Assembly: GCA_965216675.1 (NCBI GenBank)
Contig: CBDCGK010000004.1
Coordinates: forward strand, 2,055,692-2,119,691
Reading direction: 5' to 3'
Source: Acidimicrobiales bacterium
Lineage (GTDB): Bacteria; Actinomycetota; Acidimicrobiia; Acidimicrobiales; SZUA-35
Length of the DNA stretch: 64,000 nucleotides
Shown here: piece by piece, positions 39,049-47,068 of the stretch
Layout of the letters: each line of letters opens with the position of its first letter
Position numbering within the stretch: position 1 is the stretch's first letter
Made by a program: the position numbers and the translations under genes
Notes under the pieces: model-generated
Told to the model about the DNA's origin: nothing
The model's input: only the letters and a program-made list of their open reading frames with translations
The model's database searches: none

Positions 39049-39327
39049 ATGGCACTCTTCGGTGCAGATATCGAACAACTGCGTGGCCTTGGATCCAAGT
39101 TCGACACCAACTGGGCGGGCGAACTCGAGGGCCTGATCGGCACCATCGATTCCGAGGTGGCGGCATCGGAGGCCATTTGGGTCGGTCCCGACGCCAACAA
39201 CTTCCGGGGCACCACCTGGCCCCAGCACAAGGCTGCGATGCAGGCGGCGCGGGAGGCCCTGATTCAAGCGGGCACCCTCGCTCGGGCTCAGGCCGACCAG
39301 CAGGAGCAGACGAGCGCCGTCCGCTGA
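39049..39327 (+). CDS. WXG100-family (ESAT-6-like) protein
   Basis: 92 aa, helical, with a central W-x-G (EAIWVGPDANNF). AGGAGG lies 8 nt upstream of ATG 39049; the track start at 39043 is too close to the SD. Confidence 0.8.
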   Translation: MALFGADIEQLRGLGSKFDTNWAGELEGLIGTIDSEVAASEAIWVGPDANNFRGTTWPQHKAAMQAAREALIQAGTLARAQADQQEQTSAVR

Positions 39328-39479
39328 TCGCTCCTCTCGTGACTGCGGCACCTCGTGTGCCGGGCGGGTTCACGACGGGCGATGCTGAAGGGGAGTGGGC
39401 CACGGTCCGCTCCCCTTCGCAGTGAGGCGGCGGCCAGGTGTGAGGTGGTTCGGACCGGTCCTGCGATCTGGAGGTCCGT

Positions 39480-40223
39480 TTAGTCGGCCTCGTGATCCTC
39501 GAGGGCCTCGAGATCGGTCTCGGTGAGGATCCCCCGCTCGATGGCCACCTCGGCCAGGATCCGCCGCCGGTCGTTGTTGCGGCCACCGACCCCCTTGTCG
39601 AGGCCCCGCACACCGAGGTTGGTGAGCCGCCCGCAGAGGTTGTCGAGTTTGCGGTTGAACTTGGTTTTGCTCCAACCCAGCCGGGTTTGAGCGTCGTCGT
39701 TGGTCGGGAGTTGGAGAGGCTGGTGCGGGTTGCGCAGGAGCGACTCGGCCAGCACGGTCATCAGGAGGCGTTGTTCATGAGTCCACGGAATGAGGTGCAG
39801 TCCGACGGTGTCGCTGGGTTCCGCCGGTTCGACGCGCTCGATCGGCGGCCCGCTGAGCAACAGCTCATAGCGGGTGGAGCCGGCCACGAAGTGCACGAGA
39901 AGGTTCTCACCGGGGAGCATTTGGCCGGTGCCGGACGTGAGCCGGGCGCTGGCCTTGGTGTCGCGGTCGAACATCTCCAGCTCGATGCGGGACCCGGTGT
40001 TGACCAGCCACCAGCGGCCGTCGCGATGCTCGAACCGGCCGAGTTGACGATGCAGAAAGGCGTTGTCGTCGATGTCGAGTTCGGCTCCCCGGCCGAACGT
40101 GAGCGACTGGTCCACCTCCAGCAGGGTCAACTCGCCGCAATAGTCGACCAGCAGACAGCCTTCGCCGACCGCCTCCGCATAGCCGTCGGGAAGGTCGTCG
40201 ATGTCGTCCATGGCCCTGACCAA
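39480..40223 (-). CDS. FHA-like domain protein with a putative C-terminal helix-turn-helix
   Basis: N-terminal LTFGRGAELDIDDNAFLHRQLGRFEHRDGRWWLVNTGS is a divergent FHA pattern. C-terminal DAQTRLGWSKTKFNRKLDNLCGRL looks like an HTH. Divergent from the EccC-like gene. Confidence 0.5.
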   Translation of the reverse strand: MVRAMDDIDDLPDGYAEAVGEGCLLVDYCGELTLLEVDQSLTFGRGAELDIDDNAFLHRQLGRFEHRDGRWWLVNTGSRIELEMFDRDTKASARLTSGTGQMLPGENLLVHFVAGSTRYELLLSGPPIERVEPAEPSDTVGLHLIPWTHEQRLLMTVLAESLLRNPHQPLQLPTNDDAQTRLGWSKTKFNRKLDNLCGRLTNLGVRGLDKGVGGRNNDRRRILAEVAIERGILTETDLEALEDHEAD

Positions 40224-40291
40224 GATAGTGGCATCGGACCCGGCGTTGTCGAAGCTTGTCCGGCGGGTTCAGGTCTCGTCGGGAGTGACCG

Positions 40292-43200
40292 ATGAGGTTG
40301 CTGCTGACGATCGAGGGAATCGGCGATCGATCGATCGAGGTGTCCGACGACGCCACCGTCGGCGATCTTCTGGACACGCTGGTCGTGACCGACCGGGTTT
40401 CGGACGACCACTCCCGGCCGGTGGCGGTTGCCCACGGGTTCGTGGTCGAGCGAACCGGTCAGGTGGTCACGCCGGAGACCCCGACCGCCAAGGCCAACAT
40501 CCGATCCGGAGACCGGGTCCGGCTCGTCGACCACGGGGAAGCGGTGCGGCTCGGCCGCTCGCTGCTCGACCCGTCCGGGCCGGTGGCCGACCGACCGGCG
40601 GCGTGGGTCAAGCTACTGACCGGCCCGATGGCCAATACCGTCTTCGAAGTCTCCTTCGGTGACAGCACGATCGGGCGGGGCCGGGACAACGACATCGTGA
40701 TCGACGACGACGCCATGTCGTCGCACCATGCGGTCGCCACCGTCGACGACCATTCGATCACCGTGACCGACCTGGCCTCCACCAACGGGGTGGTGACCGA
40801 CCGAGCCGCCGGCAACGACGCCCTCACCCGCTCGACGACCCTGCTCCCCGGACGCCGGGTGCTGCTCGGGACGACGTGGATCGAGATCGAGCACTGCCAC
40901 CGGACGAGAGGACTGGCCGACGTCGACGGCCCGACGGTCGAGTTCAACCGGCCACCCCGGCTCGTGACCCCCTTCGAGGCGCACTCCATCACGCTGCCCG
41001 AACCGCCCGACCATCCCGGACGAACCCGCCTCCCGATGATCACCGCCCTGGTCCCGCTTCTGATGGCCGGGGTGTTGGTGTATTCGCCGGTGATGTTCGG
41101 GGGTGAACCCAACTACCGGTACGGCCTGTTCATGCTGTTCTCGCCGCTGATGATCATGGGCTCGTTCTGGGAACGCAAGCGCAGCGGTCGCGCCGACTTC
41201 AAACAGGCTCTGAGGACGTTCCGAGCCGAGCTGTCGGTCGCCGAGTCCGAACTGTCGGCGGCCCAGGTTCACGAGCAGCGGGGCCGGTTGCGGGCGGCGC
41301 CGTCGATCACGGAACTGGCCGAGGCGGTCGATGCGCTGTCACCTCGCCTGTGGGAGCGAGCCGTCGGCGACACCGACACGTTCTCCCTTCGGGTCGGTCT
41401 GGCCGACCAGCCGTCGATGGTCGAGATCATCGACTCAGGACGGGGCCCGGCCGATCTCCGCCACGAGGTCGACGAGCTGCCGAACCGCTATGCAACGGTG
41501 CCGGGGGTTCCGGCGTTGGCCGACATGCGGGTACACGGCGGGATCGGGGTGTCGGGAACGCGGGAGTACGTCACGCCGCTCTGCTATTCGCTGGTCGCTC
41601 AGACCGCGATCCTGCACAGTCCGGCCGAGGTGCTGGTGGCAGCCATGGTTCCGCCCGACGCCAAACGGGACTGGGAGTGGATGAAGTGGCTGCCCCACTG
41701 TCCGCCCGAGGACTCCCCGCTCGGGGGACCACACCTGGCCGCCGACGAGCTGGCATGCCGCAACCTGCTCGGCCGGCTGCTGGAGCTCGTCGATCAGCGT
41801 GGAGGCGGACGGCACCACGGCCGGGAGCCGAACGGAGCCGGAGCCACGCCATGTGTGTTCGTGGTCATCGCCGAGGGCGTGCCCGTCGTGCAGCACGAAC
41901 TCACCCGTCTTCTCGAGGACGGCCCGAGCGCCGGGGTGTTTCCGCTGTGGATCTCCGGGGCCTCCCGTCGGGTCCCCCGCCCGATCGGCAATGTCATCGA
42001 CATCGCCCCCGACGGCTCGACCGCCACGCTGGCGTTCGCCGGGGGCGGAGCCAACCCCAACCCCGGCCCGGGCTCCAACGCCACCGCAAACCCGGCCCCG
42101 GCCGTCACCGACATCGCGATCGAAACCCTCGGCGAGGATGCGGTGACCGAGCTGGCCCGCCGCCTGGCGCCGGTCGAGGACGTCAGCGCCCGCTTCACCC
42201 GGACCTCCGCGATTCCCGACATGGTGAGCCTCGTCGATCTGCTCGGCGGCCCCGACGTTCTCGACACCCCCGACCGGCTCCTCGGCCGGTGGGCCGGTCG
42301 GCCCAAACACCTGGAGGCACCGGTCGGCCGGACCGCCGACGGGGTCTTCACCCTCGACATCCGCCGCGACGGACCCCACGGCCTCGTCGGCGGGACCACC
42401 GGCGCAGGCAAGAGCGAGTTCCTGCAGACCTGGATCATGGCGATGGCGGCGTCGTTCAGTCCGGAGACGGTCAACTTCCTCCTGGTCGACTACAAGGGCG
42501 GTGCGGCGTTCAAGGACTGCAGCCGTCTGCCTCACTCGGTCGGCATGGTCACCGACCTCGATCCGGCCGGAATCCGCCGGGCGCTGGTGTCGCTCGGAGC
42601 CGAGGTCCGCCGCCGGGAACTCATCCAGGACGAGCACAACTGCACCAGCCTGCTCGACATGATCGACAAGGGCATCGACGAGGCGCCACCGAGTCTGCTC
42701 ATCATCGTCGACGAGTTCGCCGCCCTGGTGCAGGAGGTACCGGAGTTCATCGAGGGCATGGTCGACATCGCCCAGCGGGGTCGCAGCCTCGGCGTGCATC
42801 TTGTGCTGGCCACTCAGCGGCCGGCCGGAGTGATCACCGGGCAGATCAAGGCCAACACCGACCTCCGTATCGCGCTGCGCACCTCCGACAAGGAAGACTC
42901 GGTCGACGTGATCGAGACACCCGACGCCGCCGACATCGATCGGCGAACCCCGGGGCGGGCGATCTCCCGCATCGGCCGTCAACGCACCCAATTCCAGTCG
43001 GCCTACGTCGGCGGCGTGACCGAAACCGATGCGATGTCGGGCCCGGAGGTCGGCATCGACAGGTTCTCCTTCGACGGCATCGAGCCGATCGATATCCCCG
43101 GCGACAGGCGACAGGACGAGCGGACCGGGGCCACCGACCTGGAGCGGCTGGTCGACAACATCGAAGCAGCCCACCGCCGGTCGAACCGACCGATGCCCCG

Positions 43201-44770
43201 ACGCCCGTGGCTCGATCCGCTGCGCCCGGCCTACGACCTGGAGAACCTGTTCGACGCCGTCGCCGGCACCGACGTGGACCCGGCAACCGTCGTCGATTCC
43301 GGCGGTTCCCTACCGATCGGTCTGGTCGACCTCCCTGATGACCAGACCCAGGTTCCGTTCACGTTCCGGCTCGACACCGACGGCAGCCTGGGTGTGGTCG
43401 GAGCGGGCGGCGCCGGCAAGACGGTGGCGCTGCGGACCATCGCCGTGGCCGCCGCCCTCTCGGTCGACGATCCCTCCGACGCCCCGATCGTCTACGGGCT
43501 CGACTTCGCCGGGCGCGGCCTGCAGATGCTCGAAACCCTGCCCCATGTGGCGGGCATCGTGGCCGACGACGAGCCCGAGCGGATCCAGCGGGTGCTGGCC
43601 ACCATGGAGACCGAACTCGTCGAACGCACCCGTCTGTTCTCCGAGGCGAGGGCCTCGTCGTTCCCCGAATACCGGCGGGCGTCGGGCGGATCGATGGTGC
43701 GGCATCTGCTCCTCATCGACGGCTACCCGTCGTTCCACGAGCTGTACTCCGGCGTGGAACGGGACCGATGGATCAACCTGGTTCGGCGCCTCATCGTCGA
43801 GGGCCGCCAGTTCGGACTGCACGTGGTGCTGACCGCTCCCCGGCGCGACACCGTCTACTCCACCGTCGCCCGCTCCATCGGACGGTGGCTCGTGCTCCGC
43901 CAGACGTCGAGCGACGACTATCGGAGCCTCGAACTGCCGCCCGACCTGCTGGGAGAGGAACCACCGCCTGGACGGGCGATCCACAATCGCCGCATGGCCC
44001 AAGTGGCCGTGCTCGGCGGACGCCCCGACACCGAATCCCAGGTCCAGGCGGTGTCGAGGTTGGGCGCCGAGATGACACGGCGGGGATTCCCGTCCGCTCC
44101 CCCGATCCGGTTGCTTCCCACCGAGGTCGACCGGAGCGACCTCGTCGAGCCGCGGGCCGTCGGCCTGCTTGACCGCGACTTCAGCGAATGGACCCTGCCC
44201 GAACGGTTCCGGGTGTTCCTCGTCACCGGGCCCCGCTCCAGCGGTCGAACGACCGCACTGTTCACGCTCGGTGCAGCGGCGACCGAGGCGACCGACGCCT
44301 CGGCGAACGGCCGAGCCGACGTGATCCTGTTGTCGGCACGCCCTCCGGCTGCGCCGATCCCAGCCGACTGGCGGACGGCTGTCGGCGACACGGAGGTGCG
44401 GCCCGTCGTCGACGAGCTCTCCGCTCCGGCGACGACGTCGGCGGGAGGCCGGCGAACCGTCGTCCTGGTCGACGACGCCACGGCGCTGGTCGACATGGGC
44501 GTTCCGTTGGGACCACTCGTCGAGGCCGCCGACGGCGAACGGCTCCGTGTGATCGTCGTGATGGACGACACGAAGGCGCGATCCAACTTCGACGCCTTCT
44601 CCCGTTCGGTGCGGGCGTCACGTCTCGGCCTTCTGCTGCGGCCGAGCCCGTTGGAGGACAAGGAGATCTACGGCCTACCACTACCCCGGGTGGCCAGTCA
44701 CCTCTGGCCTGTCGGCCGCGGCTACATCGTTGACGACCAGGCGATCGAGATGATCCAGCTCGGAGCGTGA
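40292..44770 (+). CDS. eccC: Type VII secretion FtsK/SpoIIIE-family ATPase (EccC/EssC-like) with N-terminal beta-grasp-like and FHA domains
   Basis: FHA pattern TIGRGRDNDIVIDDDAMSSHHAVATVDDHSITVTDLASTNGVV. Two TMs (LPMITALVPLLMAGVLVY and YGLFMLFSPLMIMGSFW). Three P-loop domains: GGTTGAGKSEFL with LLIIVDEFAAL, GAGGAGKTVAL with HLLLIDGYP, and TGPRSSGRTTAL with VVLVDDATAL. Confidence 0.9.
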   Translation: MRLLLTIEGIGDRSIEVSDDATVGDLLDTLVVTDRVSDDHSRPVAVAHGFVVERTGQVVTPETPTAKANIRSGDRVRLVDHGEAVRLGRSLLDPSGPVADRPAAWVKLLTGPMANTVFEVSFGDSTIGRGRDNDIVIDDDAMSSHHAVATVDDHSITVTDLASTNGVVTDRAAGNDALTRSTTLLPGRRVLLGTTWIEIEHCHRTRGLADVDGPTVEFNRPPRLVTPFEAHSITLPEPPDHPGRTRLPMITALVPLLMAGVLVYSPVMFGGEPNYRYGLFMLFSPLMIMGSFWERKRSGRADFKQALRTFRAELSVAESELSAAQVHEQRGRLRAAPSITELAEAVDALSPRLWERAVGDTDTFSLRVGLADQPSMVEIIDSGRGPADLRHEVDELPNRYATVPGVPALADMRVHGGIGVSGTREYVTPLCYSLVAQTAILHSPAEVLVAAMVPPDAKRDWEWMKWLPHCPPEDSPLGGPHLAADELACRNLLGRLLELVDQRGGGRHHGREPNGAGATPCVFVVIAEGVPVVQHELTRLLEDGPSAGVFPLWISGASRRVPRPIGNVIDIAPDGSTATLAFAGGGANPNPGPGSNATANPAPAVTDIAIETLGEDAVTELARRLAPVEDVSARFTRTSAIPDMVSLVDLLGGPDVLDTPDRLLGRWAGRPKHLEAPVGRTADGVFTLDIRRDGPHGLVGGTTGAGKSEFLQTWIMAMAASFSPETVNFLLVDYKGGAAFKDCSRLPHSVGMVTDLDPAGIRRALVSLGAEVRRRELIQDEHNCTSLLDMIDKGIDEAPPSLLIIVDEFAALVQEVPEFIEGMVDIAQRGRSLGVHLVLATQRPAGVITGQIKANTDLRIALRTSDKEDSVDVIETPDAADIDRRTPGRAISRIGRQRTQFQSAYVGGVTETDAMSGPEVGIDRFSFDGIEPIDIPGDRRQDERTGATDLERLVDNIEAAHRRSNRPMPRRPWLDPLRPAYDLENLFDAVAGTDVDPATVVDSGGSLPIGLVDLPDDQTQVPFTFRLDTDGSLGVVGAGGAGKTVALRTIAVAAALSVDDPSDAPIVYGLDFAGRGLQMLETLPHVAGIVADDEPERIQRVLATMETELVERTRLFSEARASSFPEYRRASGGSMVRHLLLIDGYPSFHELYSGVERDRWINLVRRLIVEGRQFGLHVVLTAPRRDTVYSTVARSIGRWLVLRQTSSDDYRSLELPPDLLGEEPPPGRAIHNRRMAQVAVLGGRPDTESQVQAVSRLGAEMTRRGFPSAPPIRLLPTEVDRSDLVEPRAVGLLDRDFSEWTLPERFRVFLVTGPRSSGRTTALFTLGAAATEATDASANGRADVILLSARPPAAPIPADWRTAVGDTEVRPVVDELSAPATTSAGGRRTVVLVDDATALVDMGVPLGPLVEAADGERLRVIVVMDDTKARSNFDAFSRSVRASRLGLLLRPSPLEDKEIYGLPLPRVASHLWPVGRGYIVDDQAIEMIQLGA

Positions 44771-45180
44771 ACGACAACCGTTGGTGGCCCGGAGCCGCTA
44801 CCGTTGCGGATCGAAGAATGGACAAGAACATGAACGCGGACAACGACAGGAAAAACAAGGACAGGAATACCGACGATCACCGGGTGGACCGCCGGGATCA
44901 TCGGATGTCCGAGCCGCGCTCGGGTGGTCCGGCCGAGACCGCCATGCGTCAAGGCATCATCGCGCTGTCGCCTTTCTTCGTCGTGGTCAGCCGCCTCATG
45001 GGCGTGCTCATCTCCGGAGTCGGTCTGCTGCTCGTCGTGGCGGGTATCGCGGGCGCCGACGACGGGGGCCTCGTCCTCGCCGTCGTCGGGCTGGTGCTGG
45101 TCGCACTCGGACTGCTGATCTTCTTCGGCGGTCCCCGCTATGCCCGGACGGTCCGGCGACATCACGGCGCCGGTTCCTGA
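44767..45180 (+). CDS. Small membrane protein (charged N-terminus, 2-3 TM helices), translationally coupled to eccC
   Basis: The GTG start overlaps the eccC stop (GTGA). TM segments IIALSPFFVVVSRLMGVLISGVGLLLVVAGIAG and LVLAVVGLVLVALGLLIFFGG. No family recognised. Confidence 0.5.
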   Translation: MNDNRWWPGAATVADRRMDKNMNADNDRKNKDRNTDDHRVDRRDHRMSEPRSGGPAETAMRQGIIALSPFFVVVSRLMGVLISGVGLLLVVAGIAGADDGGLVLAVVGLVLVALGLLIFFGGPRYARTVRRHHGAGS

Positions 45181-45198
45181 CAGCGATCCCGCCGATCG

Positions 45199-45241
45199 GG
45201 GATCGATCCCGATTTTCGGTCCCGACCTGATTTTCTACCAT
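45199..45241 (+). promoter_or_regulatory. Candidate operator-promoter 3: GGGATCGATCCC-N25-TACCAT, upstream of the WXG-fusion effector
   Basis: Palindrome at 45199-45210. TTTTCG lies at the -35 position and TACCAT at 45236-45241, about 43 nt before GTG 45284. Confidence 0.55.
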
Positions 45242-45283
45242 CGCCGACGACAGCGGTAGTAGGACGATGGAAGGGATCGGCCG

Positions 45284-46453
45284 GTGGCAGACCTCCATGG
45301 GTTGGACATTGACGAGATGACCCGGCTCGCCGGCGAGATCGACCGGGCGGCCGACGGATGCGACGTCGTCGCCGGGGCGGCTTCGGTCGGTGCGGCCGAA
45401 TCGGTGCGGATCTGGGTTGGAGCCGATGCGGACGACTTCCGCAGTACGTGGTCGGCCACCCACGATCCGGCGGTGCGGCGGGCGGGAGCCGAACTGCGGG
45501 CGATGGCCGAGGTCATCCGGCGCAACCGGGACGAGCAGATCGTCGCCAGCGACGCCGGGACGATCAGCGGCGGTCCGGGTGGGTTCCCCGGCCAGCCAGG
45601 TTGGCCCGGTGGCCCGGGTGGGGCTGGTGGCGCCGGAGGCGCCGGGCCGACGATCACCGTCGACCCCGACGGTCGGGTCTGGACCGGCGCGTTCGACGTG
45701 GGCGACCGGACCGACGGGCGCCTGATCGGTGAGTACGAAACGGGTTGGGCGCTGTCGGCGGCCGCCGCCGGTTCCGCCTCCTACCAGGAGGTCCCGGGCG
45801 GCTTCGAGTTCGACGCCTGGATCGAGGGTCGCTCCGGCTTCCAGGCCCAGGTCGGCGGCACCTACACGAACAATCACCTCGGGCACGATCTTCTGGCCCA
45901 GGGCGAGCTCGGCGTCTTCCTCGGCGGACGAGGCGAGGGGTCGACCGCGCTGGCCTGGACCGACGATGGCTATCTCATCGACCTCGAAGCCGAGGCGTTT
46001 CTCGGAGCCGAGGCCTATGCCAACGGCAACGTCGACTACGGGGCGCTTGGGGCCGGCGGCGCCGCGGTGGCCATGGTCGGCGCCACCGCCGGGGCCAACT
46101 ACCTGAACGAATTCGACGGCCGCAACGTCCGAACCGACCTCGGGGCCGAGGCGTTCCTGGGGGCCAAGGCCGGGGTGGAAGGCGATGTCACGCTGTTCGG
46201 CGACGACGTCTCGGTCGGAGGCGGTGTCGGTGTGTCGACCGGTATCGGCGGCGGCATCGACGGTGGCTTCGCCTTCGGGCTCGACGAGGTCGGCGTCGAA
46301 CTGGATCTGGGTCTGGCCCTCGGCCTCGGCTTCGACGCCTCCATCGACCTGTCATTCGACCCTGTCGGCGTCGGCAGCGGATTGGTCGATGCCGGCGGGG
46401 CCGCCGTCGACTTCGGCAAGGACACCACCGGTTGGATCAGCCCATGGTGGTGA
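45284..46453 (+). CDS. WXG100-like N-terminal domain fused to a Gly/Pro linker and a Gly/Ala-rich C-terminal domain (candidate T7SS substrate)
   Basis: The N-terminus (V)ADLHGLDIDEMTRLAGEI...VRIWVGADADDF parallels the standalone WXG100 (ALFGADIEQLRGLGSKF...AIWVGPDANNF). Linker GGPGGFPGQPGWPGGPGGAGGAGGAGP. The C-domain has internal repeats (EAEAFLGAEAYANG / LGAEAFLGAKAGVEG). Confidence 0.7.
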   Translation: MADLHGLDIDEMTRLAGEIDRAADGCDVVAGAASVGAAESVRIWVGADADDFRSTWSATHDPAVRRAGAELRAMAEVIRRNRDEQIVASDAGTISGGPGGFPGQPGWPGGPGGAGGAGGAGPTITVDPDGRVWTGAFDVGDRTDGRLIGEYETGWALSAAAAGSASYQEVPGGFEFDAWIEGRSGFQAQVGGTYTNNHLGHDLLAQGELGVFLGGRGEGSTALAWTDDGYLIDLEAEAFLGAEAYANGNVDYGALGAGGAAVAMVGATAGANYLNEFDGRNVRTDLGAEAFLGAKAGVEGDVTLFGDDVSVGGGVGVSTGIGGGIDGGFAFGLDEVGVELDLGLALGLGFDASIDLSFDPVGVGSGLVDAGGAAVDFGKDTTGWISPWW

Positions 46454-46493
46454 ACCGAGCGAACCGAGTGAACCGACAACCGAAAGGACGATC

Positions 46494-46997
46494 ATGACCC
46501 GCACCATGGGCTTTCCCACCCCCGACTTCCCCGGCCCCCCACCGTTCCGATTCGAGCTCCCGCAGGACTGGCGGGCGATGCCGTCGGTCCAAGCCGACGC
46601 TGTCGTCGTCGGACCGGAGGCCCACGACGGGGTGCACCCGAACGTGGTGGTCGCCAACCACAAGGTACCGCCCACCGACGATCCGGCATCGCTGCTCCGG
46701 ACCATGATCGATCAACAGGTCCGGCGCGACAACGTTCAGCTCGACGGTGACCCGGCGGTGTCCGACGACGGTCTATCGTGCCGCGTGCGTCTCACCCGCC
46801 GCGGCACCGCTGAGGCCGCGCCCGGCGACGCCGCCGCGGTCCCGACCGATGCGGTCGACATTGCGCAGTCGCTGAACCTGCGCTACATCGCCGGCTCACA
46901 CGTGGCCCATGTCCTGGCCGCCACCGGCACCTACGCCCCGTCAAGCGACGAAAGCCGTGCCGTGGTCGACGAGGTGATCCGCTCCGTCGAGTGCTGA
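46494..46997 (+). CDS. Effector-associated accessory protein (paralog of 52467..53114; candidate chaperone/adaptor or immunity)
   Basis: ATG 46494 lies within ORF 46185..46997, preceded by AAAGGA. It shares DFPxxPxxxxxxPxxWR and VxGPxxxDGVxPNxxVxxxxVP blocks with the 52467 gene. Confidence 0.55.
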   Translation: MTRTMGFPTPDFPGPPPFRFELPQDWRAMPSVQADAVVVGPEAHDGVHPNVVVANHKVPPTDDPASLLRTMIDQQVRRDNVQLDGDPAVSDDGLSCRVRLTRRGTAEAAPGDAAAVPTDAVDIAQSLNLRYIAGSHVAHVLAATGTYAPSSDESRAVVDEVIRSVEC

Positions 46998-47068
46998 CCT
47001 GAACTGGCCTGGCAGCAGGCCGGCGTCATGCGGTACCGTTCTGCTGGTTCACCCCCAGGAGGCAGACG

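Noticed and set aside
41350-43338. 662-aa (+) and 579-aa (-) ORFs inside the eccC-like gene, plus similar large shadow ORFs at 22625..23953(-), 24091..25494(-), 31796..33019(-), 35134..36081(-) and 48924..51245(+).
   Set aside because: All overlap, out of frame or antisense, genes with clear domain signatures. Their translations are Arg/Pro/Gly-rich with no recognisable motifs.
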